Part shown: piece by piece, positions 17,215 through 26,240 of the stretch | How positions within the stretch are numbered: position 1 is the stretch's first letter | Layout: the number at the start of each line of letters is the position of its first letter | Virus record (IMG/VR): IMGVR_UViG_3300027747_003958 | Coordinates: 1 to 34,008 of that record | Strand: one strand, 5' to 3' | Origin: a virus | Taxonomy: Duplodnaviria; Caudoviricetes | Length of the DNA stretch: 34,008 nt | The notes under the pieces: model-generated | What the model saw: only the letters and a program-made list of their open reading frames with translations | Told to the model about the DNA's origin: nothing | The model's database searches: none | Program-made: the position numbers and the translations under genes

Positions 17215-19326
17215 TTATGACACCACAACGGACAAGATGTCCCAGGTGTTGCTTTGACTGCTGTACATGGCACCCAAATAAATCACACTGTTGGGTGACG
17301 TGATTTGAGGAGGAGATGCCCCCACTATTTTGAATTGATTGGTACCAAGACTCCAATTCAAAGTATAACTAGATGCGGGACTGTTGAAAATCTTGATAAT
17401 GAATTTTTGTCCGTCAAATGCCACATAGTTGTTGGGATAACTGAAAGATATATTGGTCACATTGCCAGTGGCTGTGAACACATAGTTGTCAAATGCACTG
17501 GCATCAATGGTCAAACTGGTGCCAGTGCTGATGCCCACTCTAGGCAGGTACTGACCCTTCAAAGTTTGAAACGTGCTGATAGTAGCTGAAGTTATGATTT
17601 CTGCACCACCCACATAGCTTTTAACGCCTGCATACAGACTGCCGCCTATGCCAACGCCGCCTCTAACCTGTAGAGCTCCTGTGTTGGTACCGGTGGATTT
17701 AGTGAAGTTGTCAATTAAAAACGTGCTGGTTGTGCCTGAAGAACTGATATTGGAGTTGCCAAATCCCACTTGGACACCATTCTGATAAATGCTGCCGCCC
17801 ACATAGAGATCTCCACGAATACCAGCACCCCCCACCACTTGCAAAGCACCAGTGGTTGTGGAGGATGCTGTGGATGTGCTGGTCACTAGCACTGTGCCAG
17901 ACAGTGTGGCCGTGGTGGCTGTGATCACACCACCAATATTGAGGTTGCCGCCTATACCCACGCCACCTGTGACAATCAATGCACCTGTTGTGGTTGAGGT
18001 AGATGTTGCAGTGTTCCTTATGATCACTGCACCAGTGACTGTGATCACACCGCCAATGTTGAGGTTGCCGCCTATGCCCACACCACCTGCCACAGTGAGT
18101 GCACCTGTTTGTGTACCAGTACTAGTGGCAGTGTTGGTGATTGATATGGCATTGGTGGTTGTGGAACCTCTGTCAGTTACAGATTGCAGTGTACTGGTAT
18201 TGGATATGGTCACAATCCCAGTACTGGTGGTCACAGCTGTGTCAGTGCCAGCCAATATTTTTGTGACTACTGAATTACCAATGGTGGCTGTGGTAACAAT
18301 TTGAGCGCCACTGATGTAGCTAGCCGTTCCAACATACAGGGCTCCGCCTATGCCCACACCACCTGCCACAGTGAGTGCACCTGTTTGTGTACCAGTACTG
18401 GTGGTAGTGTTGGTGATTGATATGGCATTGGTGGTTGTAGAACCTCTGCCTGTCACTGACTGTAGAGTGGATGTATCAAATATGGTTATGTTGCCAGTGC
18501 TGGTGGTCACAGCTGTGTCAGTGCCAGCCAATATTTTTGTGACTCCTGAATTACCAATGGTGGCTGTGGTCACAATTTGAGCACCTGCAATATAGCCCAC
18601 TGTGCCCACATAAAGTGCTCCACCAACGCCCACACCACCTGTCACAGTGAGAGCACCTGTGGCAGTACCTGTACTGGCGGCAGTGTTGGTGATTGATATG
18701 GCATTGGTGGTCGTAGTGCCTCTATCCGTGACTGATTGAAGTGTACTTGTAGTTCTAATGGTCACAATGCCAGTGCTGGTATTGACAGCAGTGTCAGTGC
18801 CTGCAATTAGTTGTTGAATACCAAATGTGCCTATTGTGGCTGTGGTAATGATTTGAGCACTGCCCACGTAACTGGTTGTGCCCACATAAAGTGCTCCGCC
18901 TATGCCCACGCCACCTGTCACAGTGAGAGCACCTGTGGCAGTACCTGTACTGGCGGCAGTGTTGAGTATGGATATAGTGTTGGTGGTACTATTGCCTCTA
19001 CTGGTGATTGATTGCAGTGTACTGGTGTTGTAGATAATCAAGGTACCAGTACCCGTGGACACAGCTGTGTCAGTGCCTGCAGATATCACAACAGCACCAG
19101 TCAAACTGTTGAGACTGAGCACTCCAGGAACTGTAGCTTCAGTAACGACCTTACTGCCGTTGGCAAAAATGCTCCCACCAGCATAAAGGGCTCCGCCCAA
19201 TCCCAATCCACCACTAATTATGACAGCGCCTGTGGTAGTTGATGTTGAAGCGGCTGTGGAAAGCATTGTGGCCGTTGATATGACCGCAAGTCCATTTTTG
19301 ACTCTAAAATCTATTGTATTTGCCAT
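17215..19326 (-). CDS. Thr/Gly-rich repeat tail fibre protein (703 aa)
   Basis: N-terminal DFRVKNGL, about four 92-aa repeats containing STxTGALxVxGGVGIGG, and a distinct C-terminal domain ending YLGAMY....WDILSV. Confidence 0.75.
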   Translation of the reverse strand: MANTIDFRVKNGLAVISTATMLSTAASTSTTTGAVIISGGLGLGGALYAGGSIFANGSKVVTEATVPGVLSLNSLTGAVVISAGTDTAVSTGTGTLIIYNTSTLQSITSRGNSTTNTISILNTAASTGTATGALTVTGGVGIGGALYVGTTSYVGSAQIITTATIGTFGIQQLIAGTDTAVNTSTGIVTIRTTSTLQSVTDRGTTTTNAISITNTAASTGTATGALTVTGGVGVGGALYVGTVGYIAGAQIVTTATIGNSGVTKILAGTDTAVTTSTGNITIFDTSTLQSVTGRGSTTTNAISITNTTTSTGTQTGALTVAGGVGIGGALYVGTASYISGAQIVTTATIGNSVVTKILAGTDTAVTTSTGIVTISNTSTLQSVTDRGSTTTNAISITNTATSTGTQTGALTVAGGVGIGGNLNIGGVITVTGAVIIRNTATSTSTTTGALIVTGGVGIGGNLNIGGVITATTATLSGTVLVTSTSTASSTTTGALQVVGGAGIRGDLYVGGSIYQNGVQVGFGNSNISSSGTTSTFLIDNFTKSTGTNTGALQVRGGVGIGGSLYAGVKSYVGGAEIITSATISTFQTLKGQYLPRVGISTGTSLTIDASAFDNYVFTATGNVTNISFSYPNNYVAFDGQKFIIKIFNSPASSYTLNWSLGTNQFKIVGASPPQITSPNSVIYLGAMYSSQSNTWDILSVVVS
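18020..19110 (-). repeat. About 4 tandem 276-bp (92-codon) repeats within the 703-aa fibre gene
   Basis: Equivalent positions recur at a 276-bp offset, e.g. cctgtggcagtacctgtactggcggcagtgttg near 18656 and 18932. Boundaries are approximate. Confidence 0.85.
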
Positions 19327-19364
19327 TAGTTTCCCTTTCCACGTAACAGCTCAAATTGCAAATT

Positions 19365-19370
19365 TATTTA
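19365..19370 (-). promoter_or_regulatory. Internal late promoter box TAAATA upstream of the 703-aa fibre gene
   Basis: Minus strand reads gaTAAATAaatttgc...gtGGAAAGGGAAActaATG within the 57-bp intergenic gap. Confidence 0.6.
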
Positions 19371-19383
19371 TCAACTGTGGGAT

Positions 19384-22300
19384 TTATGAGGTTATTGTGA
19401 ACCTTGTCAATTTTACCACCATGGTGCTGTTGCTGATAGGAGTGAACGTTATGTTTAGATTGTTGTTGGCAATTGTGGCATCATAGGATCCCAAAACACC
19501 ATTATTGGTTGAAATACCATATTCATTGATATAAGATATGCCGCCGCTGTGGAACACACTGATTTCAGATATGTGTACATAATTGGTTCCAGATGTCGCT
19601 TGACTGAAATATTTGGCAGATCTGTATGTGCTAGTGCTGAACGCATCCAAAATCACTGCGGATGTTGATGATATGGGGTCACTGGTATAGGATGATACAA
19701 GAGTATTACCATACACTAGGGCATTGATAGTACCTGTAGTTTGTGGTCCAATGTACACTGTGCCGCCAATGCCTACCCCACCAGCAACGGTGAGTGCGCC
19801 AGTCGTGCTACTGACACTGACCGCAGTATTTGCAATTGATATGGTGTTGGTAGTGGTTGCTCCACGATTGGTAATTGATTGCAGTGTACTGGTGTTCCAA
19901 ATCAACACGTTGCCAGTGGACGTGGTCACAGCTGTATCTGTACCTGCTGTGAGTTTGCTCACACCAAAATTACCTATTGTGGCTGTGGTAACAATTTGAG
20001 CTCCACTGATGTAGCCAGCTGTTCCCACATACAAGGCCCCGCCTATGCCCACGCCACCCACCACAATCAAGGCACCTGTTTGTGTACCAGTGCTGGTGGC
20101 AGTGTTAGTTATTGATATAGTGTTGGTGGTTGTAGAACCTCTGTCAGTTACAGATTGCAGTGTACTGGTATTGGATATGGTCACAACACCAGTGCTAGTG
20201 TTGACCGAAGTGTCAGTGCCTGCTATGATCTTGGACACAGCAAAAGTGCTTATTGTGGCCGTGGTCACAATTTGCGCACTGGCCACAAAGCTGGTCGTGC
20301 CCACATAAAGTGCTCCACCAACGCCCACACCACCCACCACAATCAAAGCGCCCGTTTGTGTACCAGTACTAGTGGCAGTGTTGGTGATTGATATGGCATT
20401 GGTGGTTGTGGAACCTCTGTCAGTTACAGATTGCAGTGTACTGGTATTGGATATGGTCACAATCCCAGTACTGGTGGTCACAGCTGTGTCAGTGCCAGCC
20501 AAGATTTTGGCAACACCAAAATTACCTATTGTGGCTGTGGTAACAATTTGAGAGCCACTGATGTAGCCAGCCGTTCCCACATAAAGTGCTCCGCCTATGC
20601 CCACACCGCCTGCCACAGTGAGTGCACCTGTTTGTGTACCAGTGCTGGTGGCAGTGTTGGTGATTGATATGGCATTGGTGGTTGTGGTACTTCTATCCGT
20701 GACTGATTGCAGTGTGCTGGTGTTGTATATGGTCACAACTCCGGTGCTGGTGGTCACGGCTGTGTCAGTGCCTGCTATGATCTTGGTCACTCCAAACTGG
20801 GCCAGTGTGGCTGTGGTAATGATTTGAGCATTGGCTATATAGCTGGTCGTGCCCGCATACAGGGCTCCGCCTATGCCCACCCCTCCAGAAACTATGAGTG
20901 CTCCAGTTGTGGTACCTGTTGAATTTGTTGTGTTGTAGGTGGATATCACATCATCAGTGACAACATTTGTGGTAGTCACTGTGGTCAGCTGAATCGTAAC
21001 TATGTTGGCAGTAATAGTGCCTGACACAAACAAATTTCCACCAATACCCACACCGCCAGTCACAATCAATGCACCAGTGTTGGAGGAGGTACTAACAGTA
21101 TTGTTGTTGATTATGATGACATTGGTAGTGGATGATCCTCGGTTGGTCACAGATTGCAGTGTGCTGGTGTTCGAAACCACTATTTGATTGGCAGCTGTAT
21201 TGATCGTGATCATAGTGTCAGTGCCTGCTACCAAAGTCACTGTACCAGTCAATCCATTGACGTTGGATACTCCGTATTGTCCAATTGATTGTGCTGTCAA
21301 TACTGGACTGGAGCCCACATAGATGCTGGTAGCAGTGATGGCTCCACCAACATAGAGTGAACCTCCAATGCCCACTCCACCTGTCACTGTGAGTGCTCCT
21401 GTTGTGGTTGATGTTGATGTGGCTGTGGATTTGATTGACGCTGTGCCACCAACACTGAGATTGGCCCCAATGCCCACACCGCCCACCACAGTCAATGCGC
21501 CTGTTGCGGTACCAGTACTGTTGGCTGTATTTGTCAAAACTACTGCATTGGAGGATGTGTTGCCCCTGCCTGTCACTGACTGTAGAGTGGATGTATCAAA
21601 TATGGTCACATCACCCGTGCTGGTGGTCACAGCTGTGTCAGTGCCTGCTGTGATCCTGGTTACCCCAAACTGGGCCAATGTGGCTGTGGTAATGATTTGA
21701 GCACTGGACACGAAACTGGTTGTGCCCACATAAAGTGCACCGCCTATGCCCACGCCACCTGTCACAGTGAGAGCACCTGTGGCAGTACCTGTGCTGGTTG
21801 TGGTGTTAACAACACTTATTGCAAAATTGGTGGAACTGCCTCTACTGGTGATTGATTGCAGTGTACTGGTGTTGTATATGGTTATGTTGCCAGTGCTGGT
21901 GGTCACAGCTGTATCAGTACCTGCTGTGATTTTGGATACACTATAATTGCTTATAGTGGCTGTGGTAACAATTTGAGCGCCACTAATGTAGCTAGTTGTG
22001 CCAACCCACAGCGCACCGCCTATGCCCACGCCACCTGTCACTGTGAGTGCTCCTGTGGCAGTACCTGTGCTGGTTGTGGTGTTAACAACACTTATTGCAA
22101 AATTGGTGGAACTGCCTCTACTGGTCACTGTCTGCAATGTGCTGGTGTTTGATACTGTGACAATGCCACTACTGGTGTTGATGCTGATATCTGTGCCCGC
22201 CACTATGGTATTGACCCCAGAAGCACTCAAATAATCTTTAATGGTAGCCGTGGTAACAATTTGAGCCCCACTTATGTAGCTGGCTGTGCCCACATAGATA

Positions 22301-25170
22301 GCACCGCCAATGCCCACACCGCCTGTAACAACCAATGCACCTGTTGTAGTTGAGGTAGATGTTGCAGTGTCCAGTATAGTAACTTGAGTGGCTGTAGAAA
22401 ATACCACATCTCCAACGCCATCAGGATCTATCAATATATTTGCATTGCTACCAGTTGGGCTTGTTATGTTGGTGGTGATGATATTGCCACCAACTGACAA
22501 AGTTCCCGCCACTGCAATGAGACCAGTCAATGCATTGATGCTAAAGGATGCAGTGGTGAACAGTGCTTGATTGATCCTTGTTGAAGAGTTTTGACCAACA
22601 AAAGTGGGATAGAAAATTGAGTTGGTGTTGGTTGCCACAACCAAAACTGTGCTGGCTGTATTGGCAGTGCCAATCAAATCACCAATGAATGTTGTGGCAG
22701 TGACCACTCCAATAAAATATCCATTACCAACCACGTTCAAAATACCAGTGCCAGTATAGATGCCCGATGGATAGTTGATCAAGAGTTGATTATTCTGGTT
22801 AAGGGTCATGCCATTAACAAGATCTCCGCTGGAATCATTGAAGAACAACAAATTTCCCACATATTCCTGCAGCAATATTCTACTTGCGCCTATCAAAGAT
22901 ATGTTGGCTCCACTGAATGGAGTACTATTTGGACCAGTTATTTGATTGTTTCTTATTACCTTTATATCTTGGTAAATCTGCGACGTGGCGGGTCCAGACA
23001 ACACTAGTCCACTGGCAGGCAGGCCGTTGATATTATAGGAATTGATCAACACCTGTGCGTCCACAGTGTCATAGGCTCCAATTTTCAGTTTGCCTGTGCC
23101 TGCTTCAATTTGAAATTTGTCTGAGGTCAATACTGATTGACCATTTGATGCAGTATTTTGATTTTCAGGATTGTTATTTTTGACAAAAGTCAAATAGTAA
23201 CTGGAAGTACTGCTGGTAGACACAGTTTGTACTTGACTAGCAGTGGTGGCAACTCCCTGCAAATTTCCAATAAACAACGGGGAAATCAGTGAGCTTTCTG
23301 TTCGCAAATTGCCCAACACATCCATATTGCCGCCAATATTGACGTCGCCACCAATTCCTACTCCGCCGTCAACAATCAATGCTCCTGTTGAGCTGCTGAC
23401 ACTGGCTGTTAGATTTACCAAATGTAATGTGCTGGATGTGGTGGATATGAATTTTGCTTCAAATTGTTTGATAGTACTGGTGGTAACTATCTCAGACCCA
23501 TTCACATAGCTGGCAGCTGCCACATACAGTGCTCCGCCTACACCCACACCGCCTCTAACTGTCAATGCACCTGTGGCAGTACCTGTGCTGGCTGTGCTAT
23601 TAGTTATGGATATGGCGTTGGTGGTTGTTGCGCCTCTATCTGTGACTGATTTGAGAGTACTGGTATTCCAAATGACCACTGCACCAGTAGCTGTGGACAC
23701 CGCAGTGTCAGTGCCAGGTGTTATTGAAGATACAGATGAAGCCTGTAGTGCCACTTTGACGCCATTTGAATAAATGTCACCAGCAGTCAGTGTACCACCA
23801 ATGCCTATACCACCAACCACATATAGTGCGTTACTGACTGTAACAGCATAATTTGATGCTGTGCTGGTGATTATAACTGTTTTTACTGTTAGGGTATTGC
23901 CAATAAATGCACTGTTGGTCACTGTCAGTGCCACATTGGTGCCTGTGAGGCTCAAAGAACTAAATGTGGCTGTTGTAACTGACAGTGCTGGTAATTTCCC
24001 CAATATATAGGCATCTCCCCCCACATATAAATCTCTAGAAACACTCACACCACCTGTCACAGCCAATGCTGCACCTAGACCTGTGATGGGGTTTACATTG
24101 TTTGAACTGTTGATCACAACATTTTTTATTGTGGCTGTGGCACCAACAGTTAAATTCTTGACAATGCCCACACCTCCCGCCACAGTCAATGCACCAGTAG
24201 TTGTGCTTATTGACTGTGTATTGGTGTTGATACTGAATCCCACATTGGACTGCCATTGATTGTTATCATAGCCGTAAAGCAAATATGCCCAAGATGACAG
24301 TATCCCAGCGTCTCCAATCAAAAGTCCTGATAAATCTGCATCTTGCCTATTGTTGGTACCACCTGGGCCTGAACCAGTACTCAGTGCTATCAGTTTGTCG
24401 CCTGTGCTAATTGTGACATTGTCAACTGTAAATTGTGTGCCATCCACATACAAATTGCCTGCTATGTAGGTGTTACTGTTCACATACAGTGTTTGACTGA
24501 CTACCATGTTGGTAGCAGTTAAATTTTTGATTCTTGATGATTCTATTTGTGCAAATGTATTCACAGTCAAAGTATTGACTATGATTGTTTTCAAACTGGA
24601 CAAATCACTGGCAAACTGTGGTGCGCTGGCACCCCCATTGCTGATCAGTACTTGACCACTACTTCCTGTATTGATAAATTTGGTTGATCCAGATGCCATT
24701 TGATAAGGAATCTGTCCCACATTGCCATCTTTTAAATTGGTAGCTGTATTAGCATATCCAACTACATTGTCACTATAACTGATCCAAACAACAGTGTTGT
24801 CAGCAGCAACAGACAAAATTTGGAAAGGATTACCTATGGGCAAAAATCCAGTGGTACCCGTAGACTGCTGCACCAATAGACTTTGTGCGGCGCCGCCACG
24901 TATATTGCTTGAAGTGCTTACATTTGAAAATATTTCAGTGGCAGTAATAACCCCCCTAACCAACATGCTGCCGCCAATAATTGCGCTCTTGCCAACCTCT
25001 AAATTTGCAGAAAAGGAAGCTGTTGATTTTACGGAAATATTTTTAGCTATGGATATGCCGCCAGCAATTTGCACAGCTCCGTATGTGCTGGTACTGGTGG
25101 ATGCAGCATTGGTACTTTCAACTACCAACCCCGCCTTAACTACAAAATCATTATTGAGTAATGTTGCCAT
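19384..25170 (-). CDS. Long Thr/Gly-rich repeat tail fibre protein (1928 aa)
   Basis: N-terminal DFVVKAGL, many TGALxVxGGVGI units and 92-aa repeats, and a C-terminal LDAF....YRSAKY...EI.V.H.G...I.EYG domain typical of T4-like phage fibres. Confidence 0.8.
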   Translation of the reverse strand: MATLLNNDFVVKAGLVVESTNAASTSTSTYGAVQIAGGISIAKNISVKSTASFSANLEVGKSAIIGGSMLVRGVITATEIFSNVSTSSNIRGGAAQSLLVQQSTGTTGFLPIGNPFQILSVAADNTVVWISYSDNVVGYANTATNLKDGNVGQIPYQMASGSTKFINTGSSGQVLISNGGASAPQFASDLSSLKTIIVNTLTVNTFAQIESSRIKNLTATNMVVSQTLYVNSNTYIAGNLYVDGTQFTVDNVTISTGDKLIALSTGSGPGGTNNRQDADLSGLLIGDAGILSSWAYLLYGYDNNQWQSNVGFSINTNTQSISTTTGALTVAGGVGIVKNLTVGATATIKNVVINSSNNVNPITGLGAALAVTGGVSVSRDLYVGGDAYILGKLPALSVTTATFSSLSLTGTNVALTVTNSAFIGNTLTVKTVIITSTASNYAVTVSNALYVVGGIGIGGTLTAGDIYSNGVKVALQASSVSSITPGTDTAVSTATGAVVIWNTSTLKSVTDRGATTTNAISITNSTASTGTATGALTVRGGVGVGGALYVAAASYVNGSEIVTTSTIKQFEAKFISTTSSTLHLVNLTASVSSSTGALIVDGGVGIGGDVNIGGNMDVLGNLRTESSLISPLFIGNLQGVATTASQVQTVSTSSTSSYYLTFVKNNNPENQNTASNGQSVLTSDKFQIEAGTGKLKIGAYDTVDAQVLINSYNINGLPASGLVLSGPATSQIYQDIKVIRNNQITGPNSTPFSGANISLIGASRILLQEYVGNLLFFNDSSGDLVNGMTLNQNNQLLINYPSGIYTGTGILNVVGNGYFIGVVTATTFIGDLIGTANTASTVLVVATNTNSIFYPTFVGQNSSTRINQALFTTASFSINALTGLIAVAGTLSVGGNIITTNITSPTGSNANILIDPDGVGDVVFSTATQVTILDTATSTSTTTGALVVTGGVGIGGAIYVGTASYISGAQIVTTATIKDYLSASGVNTIVAGTDISINTSSGIVTVSNTSTLQTVTSRGSSTNFAISVVNTTTSTGTATGALTVTGGVGIGGALWVGTTSYISGAQIVTTATISNYSVSKITAGTDTAVTTSTGNITIYNTSTLQSITSRGSSTNFAISVVNTTTSTGTATGALTVTGGVGIGGALYVGTTSFVSSAQIITTATLAQFGVTRITAGTDTAVTTSTGDVTIFDTSTLQSVTGRGNTSSNAVVLTNTANSTGTATGALTVVGGVGIGANLSVGGTASIKSTATSTSTTTGALTVTGGVGIGGSLYVGGAITATSIYVGSSPVLTAQSIGQYGVSNVNGLTGTVTLVAGTDTMITINTAANQIVVSNTSTLQSVTNRGSSTTNVIIINNNTVSTSSNTGALIVTGGVGIGGNLFVSGTITANIVTIQLTTVTTTNVVTDDVISTYNTTNSTGTTTGALIVSGGVGIGGALYAGTTSYIANAQIITTATLAQFGVTKIIAGTDTAVTTSTGVVTIYNTSTLQSVTDRSTTTTNAISITNTATSTGTQTGALTVAGGVGIGGALYVGTAGYISGSQIVTTATIGNFGVAKILAGTDTAVTTSTGIVTISNTSTLQSVTDRGSTTTNAISITNTATSTGTQTGALIVVGGVGVGGALYVGTTSFVASAQIVTTATISTFAVSKIIAGTDTSVNTSTGVVTISNTSTLQSVTDRGSTTTNTISITNTATSTGTQTGALIVVGGVGIGGALYVGTAGYISGAQIVTTATIGNFGVSKLTAGTDTAVTTSTGNVLIWNTSTLQSITNRGATTTNTISIANTAVSVSSTTGALTVAGGVGIGGTVYIGPQTTGTINALVYGNTLVSSYTSDPISSTSAVILDAFSTSTYRSAKYFSQATSGTNYVHISEISVFHSGGISYINEYGISTNNGVLGSYDATIANNNLNITFTPISNSTMVVKLTRFTITS
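19750..22340 (-). repeat. Array of 276-bp repeats (about 8-9 full or partial copies) within the 1928-aa gene; one more copy near 23460-23740
   Basis: Shadow ORFs start at 19879, 20155, 20431 and 20707, an exact 276-bp period. 21776-21849 is identical to 22052-22125. Boundaries are approximate. Confidence 0.85.
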
Positions 25171-25184
25171 ATTATGAGTTGGCT

Positions 25185-26228
25185 TTAAAAGGCCATGGTA
25201 GTCCTAAAATAAGTGACCTCTGTTGATGCGTATTTGGGAGTAAAAAACACGCTGACTGTGTTGTTTGTTTCTTCTGCACTAAATTCTCCCAGTTCCCCGT
25301 TGTTGGTCAGCACACCATACTCAGTGGCATACACTGTGCCTGAATTGTCTACCATCAGCAATATTTCAATTACTTCTATGTTTGCTCCTGATTCTATTTG
25401 AACCAAATACTTGGTTGATCTAAAATCTCTAAATGAGTAAGCGTCTATCACTGTTGTTGCAGTAGTATTTATTGTCATCCTATTGGAACTCATTATTGAA
25501 GCCCCAATCTGAACACTCTTTGCATACACAGTGCCGTTGACCCCAACCCCGCCTGACACAGTTAGTGCCCCAGTGTTGGTACTGGTTGAACCTATTGTGC
25601 TTTGAATTGATATTGACTGATCAGTGGTGTTACCCCTTGCTGTGACTGATTGCAGTGTACTAACATCACTGATCACCAAATATCCCAAACCATTGGCTGT
25701 GGCATTGGTTGCAGTGATTAGAATGTCAGGACCTGATGCCACTGTTTCATACAAACTGGATGTTGTCAACACATATTTGCCAGCAGCGTATATGGTGCCA
25801 CCCACTACCAAATCAAGACCAATGCCCACACCACCCGACACAATCAGTGCGCCTGTGGTGCTTGATATAGCATTTGTGGTATTGGCTATACGAACTGATC
25901 CCGTAGTAACAGCACCTCTAGATATCACAGTGTCAAATGTACTAATGTTTGAAATTCTAGTTTGACTATTGACCGTGATCACGGATATATCCGTGCCTGC
26001 AGTTATTGACAAATTGGTTTGTGCGTATTGGTTCAATGTGGCTGTGGTTATTATGTCAGCACCGTTGATGGTTCCCGTATTTTGAATATAAACAGCACCA
26101 GACTGCAAATTACCCAGTGACAAATTTTTACTGGTCAATGTCCAAACAAATCCATCCCAGGTGTAGATATTTCCATTGAGATTGAAAGTTTGATTGAGTA
26201 CGGGATTTGATGGAAAACCTAATGGCAT
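25185..26228 (-). CDS. Short fibre protein (347 aa), paralogous to the long fibre
   Basis: N-terminal FPSNP....F...G..YTWDG..W, two degenerate copies of the 92-aa repeat, and a C-terminal IDAY....FRSTKY...EYG domain like that of the 1928-aa protein. Confidence 0.75.
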   Translation of the reverse strand: MPLGFPSNPVLNQTFNLNGNIYTWDGFVWTLTSKNLSLGNLQSGAVYIQNTGTINGADIITTATLNQYAQTNLSITAGTDISVITVNSQTRISNISTFDTVISRGAVTTGSVRIANTTNAISSTTGALIVSGGVGIGLDLVVGGTIYAAGKYVLTTSSLYETVASGPDILITATNATANGLGYLVISDVSTLQSVTARGNTTDQSISIQSTIGSTSTNTGALTVSGGVGVNGTVYAKSVQIGASIMSSNRMTINTTATTVIDAYSFRDFRSTKYLVQIESGANIEVIEILLMVDNSGTVYATEYGVLTNNGELGEFSAEETNNTVSVFFTPKYASTEVTYFRTTMAF

Positions 26229-26240
26229 AATTGTTACTCT

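Noticed and set aside
18020-22340. Repeats considered as a CRISPR array or as DGR template/variable repeats
   Set aside because: The units are 276 bp, in frame and coding, with no unique spacers. The differences I inspected are mostly synonymous rather than adenine-specific, and no reverse transcriptase is in the window.
17215-25170. Thr-rich repeats as ice-binding or ice-nucleation arrays
   Set aside because: They lack the regular short-period TxT register of ice-binding beta-solenoids, and the GGVGIGG unit is a common phage fibre motif.
17852-25965. Numerous plus-strand ORFs with repetitive V/P/A-rich or C/H-rich translations
   Set aside because: They are antisense shadows of the Thr/Gly-rich fibre genes, and their periodicity only mirrors the 276-bp coding repeat.
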